From: a virus
IMG/VR virus record: IMGVR_UViG_3300010935_000210
Span: 1 to 39,501 of that record
Strand: one strand, 5' to 3'
DNA: 39,501 bases
Made by a program: the position numbers and the translations under genes. The notes beneath the pieces are model-generated. The model saw only the letters and a list, made by a program, of their open reading frames with translations. It did not search any database and had not been told where the DNA came from. Numbering within the stretch: the stretch's first letter is position 1; each line of letters starts with the position of its first letter. Below are positions 15,350 through 24,191 of the stretch, piece after piece.

Positions 15350-15695
15350 CCCTGTCATAAGTTTCGGCCATGCCGACCAGGTGATGATCAACTTGCTGGC
15401 CTTTTTGCAGGCCCAGCGGATTGAAAATGCCAATACCCCGCTGGCCTTGACCATTTTGGCCGAAGTTGTGCCCAAGGCCACCAAATCCAATCCGCATATT
15501 CGCGCGCTGTTGCCTGCGGTGAATGCCGTTCTGGCCGCAGCGCCCAACAGGTACAAACGCGACGGCACCGGTGACTGGGTGCGCGCGTGGGGGGATGCGA
15601 GTGCTGCGTTGGACGCCTTCTTTTGGTGGCGTGCCGCGCAGGCCTATGACGCGATGAACCCTGCAAACATCACCCAACCCGAGGTATCCGCATGA
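15342..15695 (+). CDS. Hypothetical early protein (117 aa)
   Basis: ATG 15342 overlaps the end of the upstream gene. ATGA coupling to the next gene at 15692. Confidence 0.5.
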   Translation: MANPVISFGHADQVMINLLAFLQAQRIENANTPLALTILAEVVPKATKSNPHIRALLPAVNAVLAAAPNRYKRDGTGDWVRAWGDASAALDAFFWWRAAQAYDAMNPANITQPEVSA

Positions 15696-16837
15696 CACAT
15701 TCCACCAAGCCCGCGACTGTCTTTCTTGAGGCCATGACGCTGGACGAATTAACCCGGCTTCAAATCCAGATTACCGCGCTTTGTGATGCGGGCATTCTGT
15801 TGGCTGCAAAAAAGTTAAATCCGGTGTTTTGCTTGGAGCCGGGTTGGCCAATGCAGATCACGATCAATGCGGAGATGCCGGATTGTGAAAGGTATGACGC
15901 CAATTTGGAACGGGATCTGCAAATTAGTGCTGAAACGCTACGGGCTTGTTTTCAAGCGATCAGCGAAACAGAATACCCGACGGAAGCGGAGCCTGCGCAG
16001 ACGGGCACTGGGCCGACCACGCCCGTCGGGGAAAGCGCTGGGGGCGGTGCTAGGGATACCGCCGCCCCCAGTGGCGATGATGCAGAAGATTTGGCCGAGG
16101 CCGCCCCCATTGAAGTGGAGGCAGAGTGCGCCGGGACCGCGCCAGTGCCCGCCAAAGCCCCCGCCGGGGTGCAAGCAAGTCACCCCGGCGTGTTGGACCC
16201 AAATCACCGTGAAGGTGTGATGGTTTTTGGCCCACTGTCGGATGATGAAAAGCAAACCATTCTGGATCTGCATGCCAAAAACACGTCGCGCGCCGATATC
16301 GCAGCGTTTTTGAACCGCAAGGTGCAGACCGTGGCGCTGTTTTTAACGCATTACGAGAAAAACGCCACCGCGCAGGCCGTAGCAGAGGCGGCAGACGATC
16401 CGACACCGACGGAAAACCTGTCGGCTGTTGTCGCAGATCCCCAGCCCATCACGGAGCAGCCCGGCGGTTCCTCCTCCCCCGCCGAGGGTGATGATCTGGG
16501 GCGTGTCGCGGGGCGGGATAGTGCAGCACCCGCCCCCGGCACATCCAAAACCGATATGGGAAAACCCATATCGGGCACATCGCTGTCCTATGATCTGAAA
16601 AAACACCTGACCGATTTGCCACGCAAGAATGGCTGGACGTTGAAATTGGACGCCGAGCTGATGCGGTTGGTTTGCACCGGCGCGCAGTTTCACCATATCG
16701 AGTTGGATTTGGGCGTACAAAAAGCCAAAGAGCGTTTCAATTTGCTGACCGACAGCCGCAGTTTTGAACGGCAAAAGGTTGCCGTTGCCCTTGCGGCCAT
16801 GGTTGCCGACAAACCAGCCAGCGCGGCAAAGGCCTGA
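15692..16837 (+). CDS. Acidic, partly disordered protein with a central HTH-like segment (381 aa)
   Basis: LSDDEKQTILDLHAKNTSRADIAAFLNRKVQTV resembles a sigma-r4/GcrA-like HTH. Long Pro/Ala/Glu/Asp-rich linkers. Lies upstream of the primase. Confidence 0.4.
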   Translation: MTHSTKPATVFLEAMTLDELTRLQIQITALCDAGILLAAKKLNPVFCLEPGWPMQITINAEMPDCERYDANLERDLQISAETLRACFQAISETEYPTEAEPAQTGTGPTTPVGESAGGGARDTAAPSGDDAEDLAEAAPIEVEAECAGTAPVPAKAPAGVQASHPGVLDPNHREGVMVFGPLSDDEKQTILDLHAKNTSRADIAAFLNRKVQTVALFLTHYEKNATAQAVAEAADDPTPTENLSAVVADPQPITEQPGGSSSPAEGDDLGRVAGRDSAAPAPGTSKTDMGKPISGTSLSYDLKKHLTDLPRKNGWTLKLDAELMRLVCTGAQFHHIELDLGVQKAKERFNLLTDSRSFERQKVAVALAAMVADKPASAAKA

Positions 16838-16841
16838 TCCG

Positions 16842-18014
16842 ATGGCCCCGGCGCGTGCCACATTCACCGGCAATCAGCAGTCCCGCCCTCATTTGCACAG
16901 CATTGAGGATATTCGGGATATGCTGATTGCCCGGATTGACGAGGTGGCGCACCGTTATGCGCCCGAGGCATCGGGCAGCTACATCGACAAGCATCTGTAT
17001 TTCACCTTGAACCCCGGACGGGCCGACCGTTCTGTGGGCAGTTTTTGTGTGCATCTGTCGGGGCCGCGCGCGGGATATTGGCAAGATTTTGCGACCGGCG
17101 CGCATGGTGACCCGATTGACCTGATTGCGCTGTATCAGGGCTGCAATGTGTCGGATGCATTGCGCGAGGCGCGGGCCTTTTTGGGCCTGCAAAACGCCAG
17201 CCCCGATGATATTCGCCGCCAAAAGCAAGCCGCCGAAACTGCCCGTTTGCGCCGCCGTGATGCCGAGGCCGCCCGCGCCGCGATGCGCGTGCGCGTTGCC
17301 CGCCAAGCCAAGGCGATCTGGCTGGCCGCGCGTGAGGATTTGGCCGGCACACCTGTGGCGCATTACCTTGCGCGCCGTGGCATCGATCTGGCCGCCTTGC
17401 CGCGCGCGCCCCGTGCGATCCGGTATGAGCCGCATTGCTTTGCCAAATGGATTGATCCCGAGACTGGCGAAGTGTTTGAAAAGCGGTTGCCTGCAATGGT
17501 GACCGGCGTTGTCGATCGGCAAGGCGATACCGTCGCGCTGCACCGCACCTATCTGGGCCTTGATGCCCAAGGATTGTGGGCCAAAGCCGCCATGCCCAGC
17601 CCGAAAAAGGTGCTGGGCGATTATGCCGGTGCTGCGATCCGCCTGTGGTCAGGCATTGGGCCGCGTGGTGGCCACCCCGGCCCGATGGCAAGCATGCCGC
17701 AGGGCAGCCGGGTTTATATTGCCGAGGGCATCGAGGACGGTTTGACCGCTGCCTTGATCAAGCCCGAAGCGCGGATCTTGGCCGCGATTAGCCTGGGCAA
17801 TCTGGGTGCTGTGGTGCTGCCCCCCAACATTACCGAGGTCACGTTGATTGCGGACCGCGATGACAACGCGACCGCGCGCGATGCGTTGGACCGTGCTGTG
17901 GCAGCCCATCAAAAAGCAGGCCGCACCGTGCGGATATGGCTGCCCCCCGAGGGGTTTAAGGATTTGAACGATGTTGTGCGCGGCCAAAGGGCTGTGCCGG
18001 AAGGAGATGCGTGA
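16842..18014 (+). CDS. Toprim-domain DNA primase (P4-alpha/TraC-like N-terminal region + Toprim)
   Basis: GSFCVHLSGPRAGYWQDFATGAHGDPIDLIA is the motif associated with phage and plasmid primases. RVYIAEGIEDGLTA and VTLIADRDDN are the Toprim Glu and DxD motifs. Confidence 0.7.
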   Translation: MAPARATFTGNQQSRPHLHSIEDIRDMLIARIDEVAHRYAPEASGSYIDKHLYFTLNPGRADRSVGSFCVHLSGPRAGYWQDFATGAHGDPIDLIALYQGCNVSDALREARAFLGLQNASPDDIRRQKQAAETARLRRRDAEAARAAMRVRVARQAKAIWLAAREDLAGTPVAHYLARRGIDLAALPRAPRAIRYEPHCFAKWIDPETGEVFEKRLPAMVTGVVDRQGDTVALHRTYLGLDAQGLWAKAAMPSPKKVLGDYAGAAIRLWSGIGPRGGHPGPMASMPQGSRVYIAEGIEDGLTAALIKPEARILAAISLGNLGAVVLPPNITEVTLIADRDDNATARDALDRAVAAHQKAGRTVRIWLPPEGFKDLNDVVRGQRAVPEGDA

Positions 18015-18292
18015 TGGTGGTAAAAAATTTTGCAAAGCTGTTTGTAGTCGAAGGCATTGGCCAAATTCTTGCTGTGCTGGGCGAAAACGATGACGGCGAA
18101 GCTGTGATTACGTTGCGCATTTCAGATTATGCAGATTGCGCCTTGAAAATGGATATCACCCTGTCTGATGCAGAATATGACCGGCAGGAAGCTTTTACCC
18201 AAAAGCTTCTGGACGAAATGACCGAGGAGGCCGCTGCCAAGGCTGTCAAGCCATTAATTGATGTACGCAACCTGATGTTGGGCAGTGCATGA
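18014..18292 (+). CDS. Hypothetical acidic protein (92 aa)
   Basis: RBS aaggag lies 7 nt before ATG 18014. Lower-GC segment. Confidence 0.5.
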   Translation: MVVKNFAKLFVVEGIGQILAVLGENDDGEAVITLRISDYADCALKMDITLSDAEYDRQEAFTQKLLDEMTEEAAAKAVKPLIDVRNLMLGSA

Positions 18293-18471
18293 TGGACTGG
18301 CTTTTGATCCTCACCCTGTTTGTTGGCCAAGCGTCGCAAGATGAACCAGCGGGACTAATGGCCAATCAGTATCTGTGCGTCTTGGCCGGTGCATCGATGA
18401 CGGCCGTTATGGCCAAGGTCAACCCCGGCGTGCGCATTGCTTGGCGCTGTGAAAAGCGGGAGGCGGTATGA
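18289..18471 (+). CDS. Small hydrophobic-N-terminus protein (60 aa)
   Basis: ATGA coupling at both ends. The N-terminus WLLILTLFVG is signal- or TM-like. Confidence 0.4.
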   Translation: MMDWLLILTLFVGQASQDEPAGLMANQYLCVLAGASMTAVMAKVNPGVRIAWRCEKREAV

Positions 18472-18848
18472 AATTCCAATGGGCCCCACCAAAAGCCGCA
18501 CATGGCCAGCCTTGCAATAATTGCGGCCAGTGCTGTTTGGATCAAACATGCCCGCTTGCCACACAGGTTCTACGAGTGACCGAAGGGCCGTGCCCCGCGC
18601 TTGAGCCGCTGATGTTTGGGTATTCCTGTGGCCTAGTCGCGCATCCAGAGCGGTATGCGCCTGATGTCGTGGCCCGCCACGGCATCGATGCCACCAAGGC
18701 CGCCGCCGCGCAGCTGGTAGGTGCAGGCAAAGGTTGCGATGCCTTTGTTGAAGGAGAGCGAGTTGATCAAGCCTTTCGGGCAAGGATCAAGGCCGAGGCA
18801 TTTGCCCAACCACCCATCAAATCGTTGGAAATATGGGGTTTGGCATGA
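18468..18848 (+). CDS. CxxCxxCC cysteine-cluster (YkgJ/UPF0153-like) protein
   Basis: CNNCGQCC followed by further Cys residues (C-P-L..., GPCPAL, YSCG) fits the putative Zn/Fe-chelating CxxCxxCC family. Confidence 0.5.
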   Translation: MKFQWAPPKAAHGQPCNNCGQCCLDQTCPLATQVLRVTEGPCPALEPLMFGYSCGLVAHPERYAPDVVARHGIDATKAAAAQLVGAGKGCDAFVEGERVDQAFRARIKAEAFAQPPIKSLEIWGLA

Positions 18849-20779
18849 CTGACCGCAAATCCCTCTTGCGCCCTGTCGACAGTGATGATGCCCGCCGCCG
18901 ATTGGCCGACGAGCTGGAGCATGCGCCGATTGCGCCAAGTGCAGCGGATGCGCCAGGCGCAGGGCTGGACCCAGCCGAGGGCGCGGCCGATCCAAAGCCA
19001 GAGCCTAAGCCAGAGCCAAAGCCGCCGCGCGGTGATGATGACCGGCCAGATGGTGAGATTTGGGCCGGTTGCCCGATCATCCCTTTGGGCGTGAAAGGCA
19101 GCACCTGCTATTACCTCGATGCACAACGCCAGATTATAGGGCTGTCCAAACATGCGGCGCAAGACATCCTGACCTTGTTTGGCCATATGATCCCGCAGCT
19201 GATTTCCCATTTTCCAATCTGGAACCGCGATAAAGAAGGCTATCCGACCACCCGCAAGTCTGATCGGTTTGACCAGACATCATCGGCCATGGCGATGATT
19301 GCCGCTTGCGGCGAGCGCGGGTTGTTTGAACCCGATGGCGCGGTGCGGGGCGTGGGTGCGTGGCGCGGCAGTGAAGGCCAGCTGATCTATCATCGCGGCG
19401 ATGCGTTGATTGTGGACGGCATCGAGCGCCACCCCGGCCCGTTTGATGGCCGGATATATCCTGCCTATCCATCCATTCCCGGCCCCGTCGCCCCCGGCGC
19501 GCATGATGACCCTGTGCCAGTGCTGATGGAGACCTTGCAAACGTGGAACTGGGAAGCGCCGGACGTGGACCCGACCATTGCCCTGGGCATGATCGGTATT
19601 CAACGCCTTGGCGGTGCCATGAAGTGGCGGCCGACATTCTGGATGACAGCCGCCGCCGGTGCGGGTAAATCCGAGTTTCAGGATCTGTTGCAGATGATCT
19701 ATGGCGGACCCAAGGGATTGGTGCGCAGCAACGACCCGACAAAATCGGGGATCACGTCAAAGCTGGGCTATGGCGCCATACCCGTGGTGTTGGACGAGAT
19801 CGAGCCAGGCGACGAGCGCAGCACCAAAGAGCGCGATATGATCCAGCTGGCCCGCGTTGCCTCATCCGGTGGCAGTTGGTTGCGCGGATCGGCAGACCAG
19901 AAGGGCGTCGGCGGCAACGTCTATTCCGCGTTTCTGTTTTCCTCGATCATCATCCCCGGCCTCATGAAACCGCAGGACGTGCAGCGCCTGATCCGCCTCG
20001 ATCTGAACCCCTTGCCCCGCGATACCAAGCCGTTGAACCTGCGCGAAAGCCAATGGCAGGCGCGCGGTGCCGTAATCTTGCGCCAGCTGATCGATCGTTG
20101 GCCGACATGGGCCGAGCGCCTGACCACCTACCGCCAAGGGCTTGCCCTGGCAGGCGTGGCGGGCCGTGACAGCGACAACTGGGCCACCGTGCTGGCCATG
20201 GCCGATATGATGCAGCGTGCAGCCATGCCAAGCGTGGATGAGGCCGAGGCATGGGGCAAGATCATTGCCAAGCGCCTTGATGCCAACCGGCCTGATGTGA
20301 TGACTGACAGCGAAGGCATGTTGTTGCACCTGATGGGCCGCACCTATGACCCGTTCCGTAGGTCCGAGCAGTACAACATCGCCCAATGGGTGATTGCCGC
20401 CGCCGACATGGTGGGCGCTGTGACAAGCCTCAAGGATAGCAACCCAGACGGTCAGCTGGCCAAAGCAGGCTTGCGCGTGTCGGGCAAGGGGCAGGATGCG
20501 TTGTTGTTCATCGCCAACAGCCCCAGCATCCAGCCGCTGGCCGAGTTGTTCCAGGGCAGCCAATGGGCAGGCGGTGCCTGGAGCCAATCAGCGCGCCGGG
20601 TGGAGGGTGCAGAGCCTGTGCCGCAGCCCCTAACCCTCGCTGGGAACAGGTCACGCGGCTATTATATCCCGATCAAGGCCATTCCGGGCCTTGCCTCATT
20701 CCCGATGGACCGAGAACGCACACCGCCCGCACCCGTAACGTCGCCCCAAGTCACTTATGGGCCGGAGGATTACGTATGA
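18845..20779 (+). CDS. SF3-type primase-associated replicative helicase (P4-alpha/D5/DUF927-like)
   Basis: Walker A is TAAAGAGKSEF and Walker B is IPVVLDEIE. Large N-terminal domain with a (PEPK)3 linker. ATG 18845 is ATGA-coupled (the track starts at 18833). Confidence 0.65.
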   Translation: MTDRKSLLRPVDSDDARRRLADELEHAPIAPSAADAPGAGLDPAEGAADPKPEPKPEPKPPRGDDDRPDGEIWAGCPIIPLGVKGSTCYYLDAQRQIIGLSKHAAQDILTLFGHMIPQLISHFPIWNRDKEGYPTTRKSDRFDQTSSAMAMIAACGERGLFEPDGAVRGVGAWRGSEGQLIYHRGDALIVDGIERHPGPFDGRIYPAYPSIPGPVAPGAHDDPVPVLMETLQTWNWEAPDVDPTIALGMIGIQRLGGAMKWRPTFWMTAAAGAGKSEFQDLLQMIYGGPKGLVRSNDPTKSGITSKLGYGAIPVVLDEIEPGDERSTKERDMIQLARVASSGGSWLRGSADQKGVGGNVYSAFLFSSIIIPGLMKPQDVQRLIRLDLNPLPRDTKPLNLRESQWQARGAVILRQLIDRWPTWAERLTTYRQGLALAGVAGRDSDNWATVLAMADMMQRAAMPSVDEAEAWGKIIAKRLDANRPDVMTDSEGMLLHLMGRTYDPFRRSEQYNIAQWVIAAADMVGAVTSLKDSNPDGQLAKAGLRVSGKGQDALLFIANSPSIQPLAELFQGSQWAGGAWSQSARRVEGAEPVPQPLTLAGNRSRGYYIPIKAIPGLASFPMDRERTPPAPVTSPQVTYGPEDYV

Positions 20780-20892
20780 TTTGCCGCCTCATGGCTAAGC
20801 CTTTGGTTTGCCGCATCATTATTGGCTTCCCCACACCCTTTGATTGGCCTATATTCGCGAAGCGGTGGGGCAATCTGGCCATGGGTCAGGGT

Positions 20893-21162
20893 CACAACGC
20901 CACAACGGTAAAAAGATCAACCGTTGTGGCCACCGTTGTGGGTTATTTCCTTGTTAAATCAAGGGTTTATGCCTTACCCACAACGCCACAACGGCAAATC
21001 GCAGACATATACGTATACACATGCGCACCCGCGCACATGCAAGGGTATATACCGTTGTGGGCGTTGTGGCGTTGTGCTTTTTTCTATCTCTTTGATAACC
21101 AACAGAAATATAGATACACAACTCACAACGTTCCCCACAACGGTAGATTTGAAACCGTTGTG
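20893..21162. repeat. Iteron / nested-palindrome cluster (12 copies of CACAACG, usually CCACAACGG)
   Basis: Forward copies at 20893, 20901, 20979, 20987, 21124, 21136. Reverse copies (CGTTGTG) at 20922, 20934, 21053, 21062, 21070, 21156. They are arranged as three inverted groups. AT-rich spacers lie between them, with ATATAC/GTATAT and TGCGC-accc-GCGCA inner palindromes. Confidence 0.8.
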
Positions 21163-21208
21163 GGTTTGGTTAAGCCATTGGAAAACCTCAATAAAGGGGG
21201 TTTTTGCC

Positions 21209-21850
21209 GTGGCTAAACCCAATTCCAAGGCGGATGCACTGGCCCGTGAGGCCGCAGAGCGGATTGAGCGGGATCGGGCGGCTGGAAAGCAGCTGACGTT
21301 CCTGCCTGACGAGGCAAACCCGGATGACAGCGGCAAAGCTGTGCGCGGCAAGGGCAAGGCGGCAAGCCAGCTGCGCGAATGGCTGGCCGCGCGGGGCATG
21401 AAGCTGCCCGAGGATCAGTTGGCCGAGATGGCAGGGCTGGCCAGCCGCGATGACGTGTTCACCTACGCGATGGCCCAAACCGAGCGGCTGTTGGTCTGGG
21501 CGCAAGATGGTGCCACTGGGTACAAGGGCGCGCCCGTGGCCCCGACGACTGGCCAGCGCCTCGATGCCTTCAAATTCGTGTTCACCGCTGCCCTGCGATC
21601 CGCCGAGGCGTTGCTGCCTTACGGTTTGGCCAAGGTTACGCCGGATGCCGGGCCGACACAGGTTGTCCAAGTCGTGGTCGCTGGTGGCGGTGGTCAGCAG
21701 CCTGCGCGAACGGGTGCGGATGGGGCGCGGGATGTGACGCCAAAGACCCGGCAAGTTGGCCCGCCGCCGATGCCGCATGAAATGCAGCAAAAACAACAGG
21801 TTAGCAAAACCGAAAACGGCGGCGCGGACAAAGGGGCGCGGACAAAATGA
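21209..21850 (+). CDS. Putative small terminase subunit / DNA-binding packaging protein (213 aa)
   Basis: GTG 21209 with RBS aaggggg 8 nt upstream. The longer track ORF (from 20924) runs through the iterons. Assignment rests on position just upstream of terL and a basic, disordered C-terminus. Confidence 0.35.
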   Translation: MAKPNSKADALAREAAERIERDRAAGKQLTFLPDEANPDDSGKAVRGKGKAASQLREWLAARGMKLPEDQLAEMAGLASRDDVFTYAMAQTERLLVWAQDGATGYKGAPVAPTTGQRLDAFKFVFTAALRSAEALLPYGLAKVTPDAGPTQVVQVVVAGGGGQQPARTGADGARDVTPKTRQVGPPPMPHEMQQKQQVSKTENGGADKGARTK

Positions 21851-22077
21851 GCAAGCCTTTGAAAACACAGGTGAAAAATGGGCGCGGCCAGTTGATCGAA
21901 AATCAACCGCCCCACATGTTCCGCGCCCTGCCAGCGATGCGCAAGGCCCCCCCCCAAGGCCTGACCGGCATTCATCGCGGCCTTTTTGACCCCCGGGGGG
22001 GCCACCCGCACGCACACTCTCTCCCCCTCTGTGTGACCCCATTCGGCCTTTTCGGCCAGATCGCAGGTTTGGAATGA
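21847..22077 (+). CDS. Hypothetical small protein (76 aa)
   Basis: ATGA coupling on both sides and high third-position GC. However, it contains C9 and C5G7 tracts and several hairpins, so coding status is uncertain. Confidence 0.35.
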   Translation: MSKPLKTQVKNGRGQLIENQPPHMFRALPAMRKAPPQGLTGIHRGLFDPRGGHPHAHSLPLCVTPFGLFGQIAGLE

Positions 22078-23852
22078 ACGCGAAATTTGGAACCGGCCAC
22101 TGGGGTATGGGGGGAAGGGTTTGCCTTCCCGCTGATATGCCGCGTGGTGCGGCCTCTGATGGTCTGGATGAAAGTGCCCGGCTGGAAGGTCTGGATGCGG
22201 CCGAGGCAATTGCGACCCTAGAGGGGAATTTTGCAACTGGCAACATGCCGATCGATGATGCCGTGACTTTCCCCGGCCCGATCGCGGAGGCGATGTATTG
22301 GTCTGATGCCGACATTCTGGGCGCGCAGGGTCCAGTGGGCAGCGGCAAAACCACCACGGTGCTGAAAAGCCGGTTGCGGCGCGCGATGATGATGCCCCGA
22401 TCCACCATCGACCTGGACGACGAGGGGAGCGGTTGGCGGCGCTACAAGTTGCTGGTTGTTCGTGAGACCTATCGGCAACTGTGGTCGACAACGATCCCCA
22501 GCTATTTGGAAACCTTTCCCAAGGAATTGGGAAAGTGGTCTGGTGGTCGTGGCGACCCCGTGACGCATGTGATCGAATTTGACGATGGCAACGGCCCGAT
22601 CGAGTTCCGCGTGGAGTTCATGGCTTTTGGGGATGATGTTATCGCCTCGATGCGCGGTGTGCAGACCACCGATATCTGGCTGAACGAAATGGACACCGTG
22701 CCGGTCGAAGTGTTGACCGCTGGCATCGGGCGTATCGACCGCTGGCCGGGGGCCTCGCATTTTGTGGGCTATCCGCTGGAAATGCAGGGGTACGGCCAAA
22801 TCATCGGTGACTTCAACGCGCCGGATGAGGACAACTGGACCTTTCGGCTGTTCCATGACGAAAAAGAGCGCACCAAGATCATGGACCTGTTGAACGCGGC
22901 CATGCCAAACAGATCGCGCAAGATCCGCGTGGAGTTCCGCAATCAGCCCGGCTTTGGCCAGCCCGGCTGTGAGAACATGCAAAACCTTTCGGCCGCATAT
23001 TACCCGCGCCAAGTCGCAGCGATGAAGCTGACCGGGCGGGGCGATATGATCGACCGGCTGGTCTACAACAAGATTGTTTACCTGCGCGCCGGTGAACCTG
23101 TGTTCAAGCGCGAGTTCAACCGCCGCATACATGTGGCCGAGGGCACGATTGCGCCGGAACCGGGCATTCCGTTGCGGATCGGTATGGACCAAGGTTTCAA
23201 AGGTGCGGCTGTGATCGGGCAATTCCTGACCCCGTTCCATTGGCGCATTCTGGCCGAGCTGCACTATCCCGATGAAAGGCCGCTGGCCGCTGTGTTTGGC
23301 CAGCGATTGGCCGCGCTTTTGGAACAGCGTTTCCCTGGCATCGCCATCGAGGCCGCATGGGGCGATATGGCGGGTGAGCAAGGGTCATCGCTGGCCGCCG
23401 AGGAAAACGCGACCTGGAACAAGCTGGTGGGGCAAGCCGCAGGTTTCCGCGTGCGGCCGCAGAAGATTGGCACCAACCGCATTCAGCCGCGGCTAGAGGC
23501 AATTCGTGCCCCGCTGGAGTTCATGCACGCTGGCCAGCCCGGCCTGCTGATCGACCCCAGCTGCAAGTTCCTGATCCGTGGTTTTGAGGCCCGCTATGTC
23601 TGGACCGATGAAATCGACGCCAATGGTGACAAGCGCAAAGTGCCGAACAAAAAGCTGACCGAGGCGAACGTGATGGACGCTCTGCAATATCTGGCCCTGT
23701 CCGAACATCGCGCCAACGGGATCAGCCCTATCAGTTCCCCAGCGGGGCGTTCTGCCCTGATGGGCCACAACGGAGGCCCCCAAATGGGCGCCCCTATGCC
23801 CGCCGGTGGGCTTTCAACCGGCTATGACGTGATGAACCCCTATGAAGGATAA
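22074..23852 (+). CDS. terL: Terminase large subunit
   Basis: Walker A is GAQGPVGSGKTTTV. Length is about 590 aa. The C-terminal nuclease-like region contains conserved acidic residues. Followed by a portal-containing module. The true start may be an internal ATG (22137 or 22245). Confidence 0.85.
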   Translation: MNAKFGTGHWGMGGRVCLPADMPRGAASDGLDESARLEGLDAAEAIATLEGNFATGNMPIDDAVTFPGPIAEAMYWSDADILGAQGPVGSGKTTTVLKSRLRRAMMMPRSTIDLDDEGSGWRRYKLLVVRETYRQLWSTTIPSYLETFPKELGKWSGGRGDPVTHVIEFDDGNGPIEFRVEFMAFGDDVIASMRGVQTTDIWLNEMDTVPVEVLTAGIGRIDRWPGASHFVGYPLEMQGYGQIIGDFNAPDEDNWTFRLFHDEKERTKIMDLLNAAMPNRSRKIRVEFRNQPGFGQPGCENMQNLSAAYYPRQVAAMKLTGRGDMIDRLVYNKIVYLRAGEPVFKREFNRRIHVAEGTIAPEPGIPLRIGMDQGFKGAAVIGQFLTPFHWRILAELHYPDERPLAAVFGQRLAALLEQRFPGIAIEAAWGDMAGEQGSSLAAEENATWNKLVGQAAGFRVRPQKIGTNRIQPRLEAIRAPLEFMHAGQPGLLIDPSCKFLIRGFEARYVWTDEIDANGDKRKVPNKKLTEANVMDALQYLALSEHRANGISPISSPAGRSALMGHNGGPQMGAPMPAGGLSTGYDVMNPYEG

Positions 23853-23853
23853 T

Positions 23854-24156
23854 ATGAACGACGAAGCTAATATTGAGGCGGAGATTGTCGCAAAAGGGCT
23901 GACAGCGCCGCGCATCACGCCTGCCCATATCGACGGCCTGATCGTGGGCGTTCAATACCATGTGTTCGAGGGAAGCTGTCTTACCGTTTGCTGCTTGACC
24001 TTGGCCAATGGTTTTACCGTAACGGGTGAAAGCGCCTGCGCAAGTCCTGAAAACTTTGACGAAGCGATTGGGATCAAAATCGCCTTCGACAATGCCCGCC
24101 AAAAAATTTGGGCGTTTGAAGGCTACCTGCTTCGGCAGCGGCTTTCACAGGCCTGA
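23854..24156 (+). CDS. N4 gp49 / Sf6 gp66-family protein
   Basis: LTVCCLTLANGFTVTGESACASPENFDEAIGIKIAFDNARQKIWAFEGYLL matches the pattern I recall for that family. RBS aagga before ATG 23854. Confidence 0.5.
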   Translation: MNDEANIEAEIVAKGLTAPRITPAHIDGLIVGVQYHVFEGSCLTVCCLTLANGFTVTGESACASPENFDEAIGIKIAFDNARQKIWAFEGYLLRQRLSQA

Positions 24157-24191
24157 ACCTACCAACCCCCAACATTTAGGAGATTTTTGAG

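Noticed and set aside
20563-21216. Plus-strand ORFs 20563-21216 and the 5' part of 20924-21850 crossing the iteron field
   Set aside because: Their translations merely spell the repeats (HNATT, TVVATVV, TTPQR), GC drops and no RBS is present. A GTG with a good RBS at 21209 gives a sensible gene start.
21188-23381. Minus-strand ORFs 21188-22408 (406 aa), 21694-22491 (265 aa) and 22218-23381 (387 aa)
   Set aside because: They are antisense to the TerS-like gene and to terL (Walker A clearly on the plus strand). They are Arg/Pro/Gly-rich, low-information translations.
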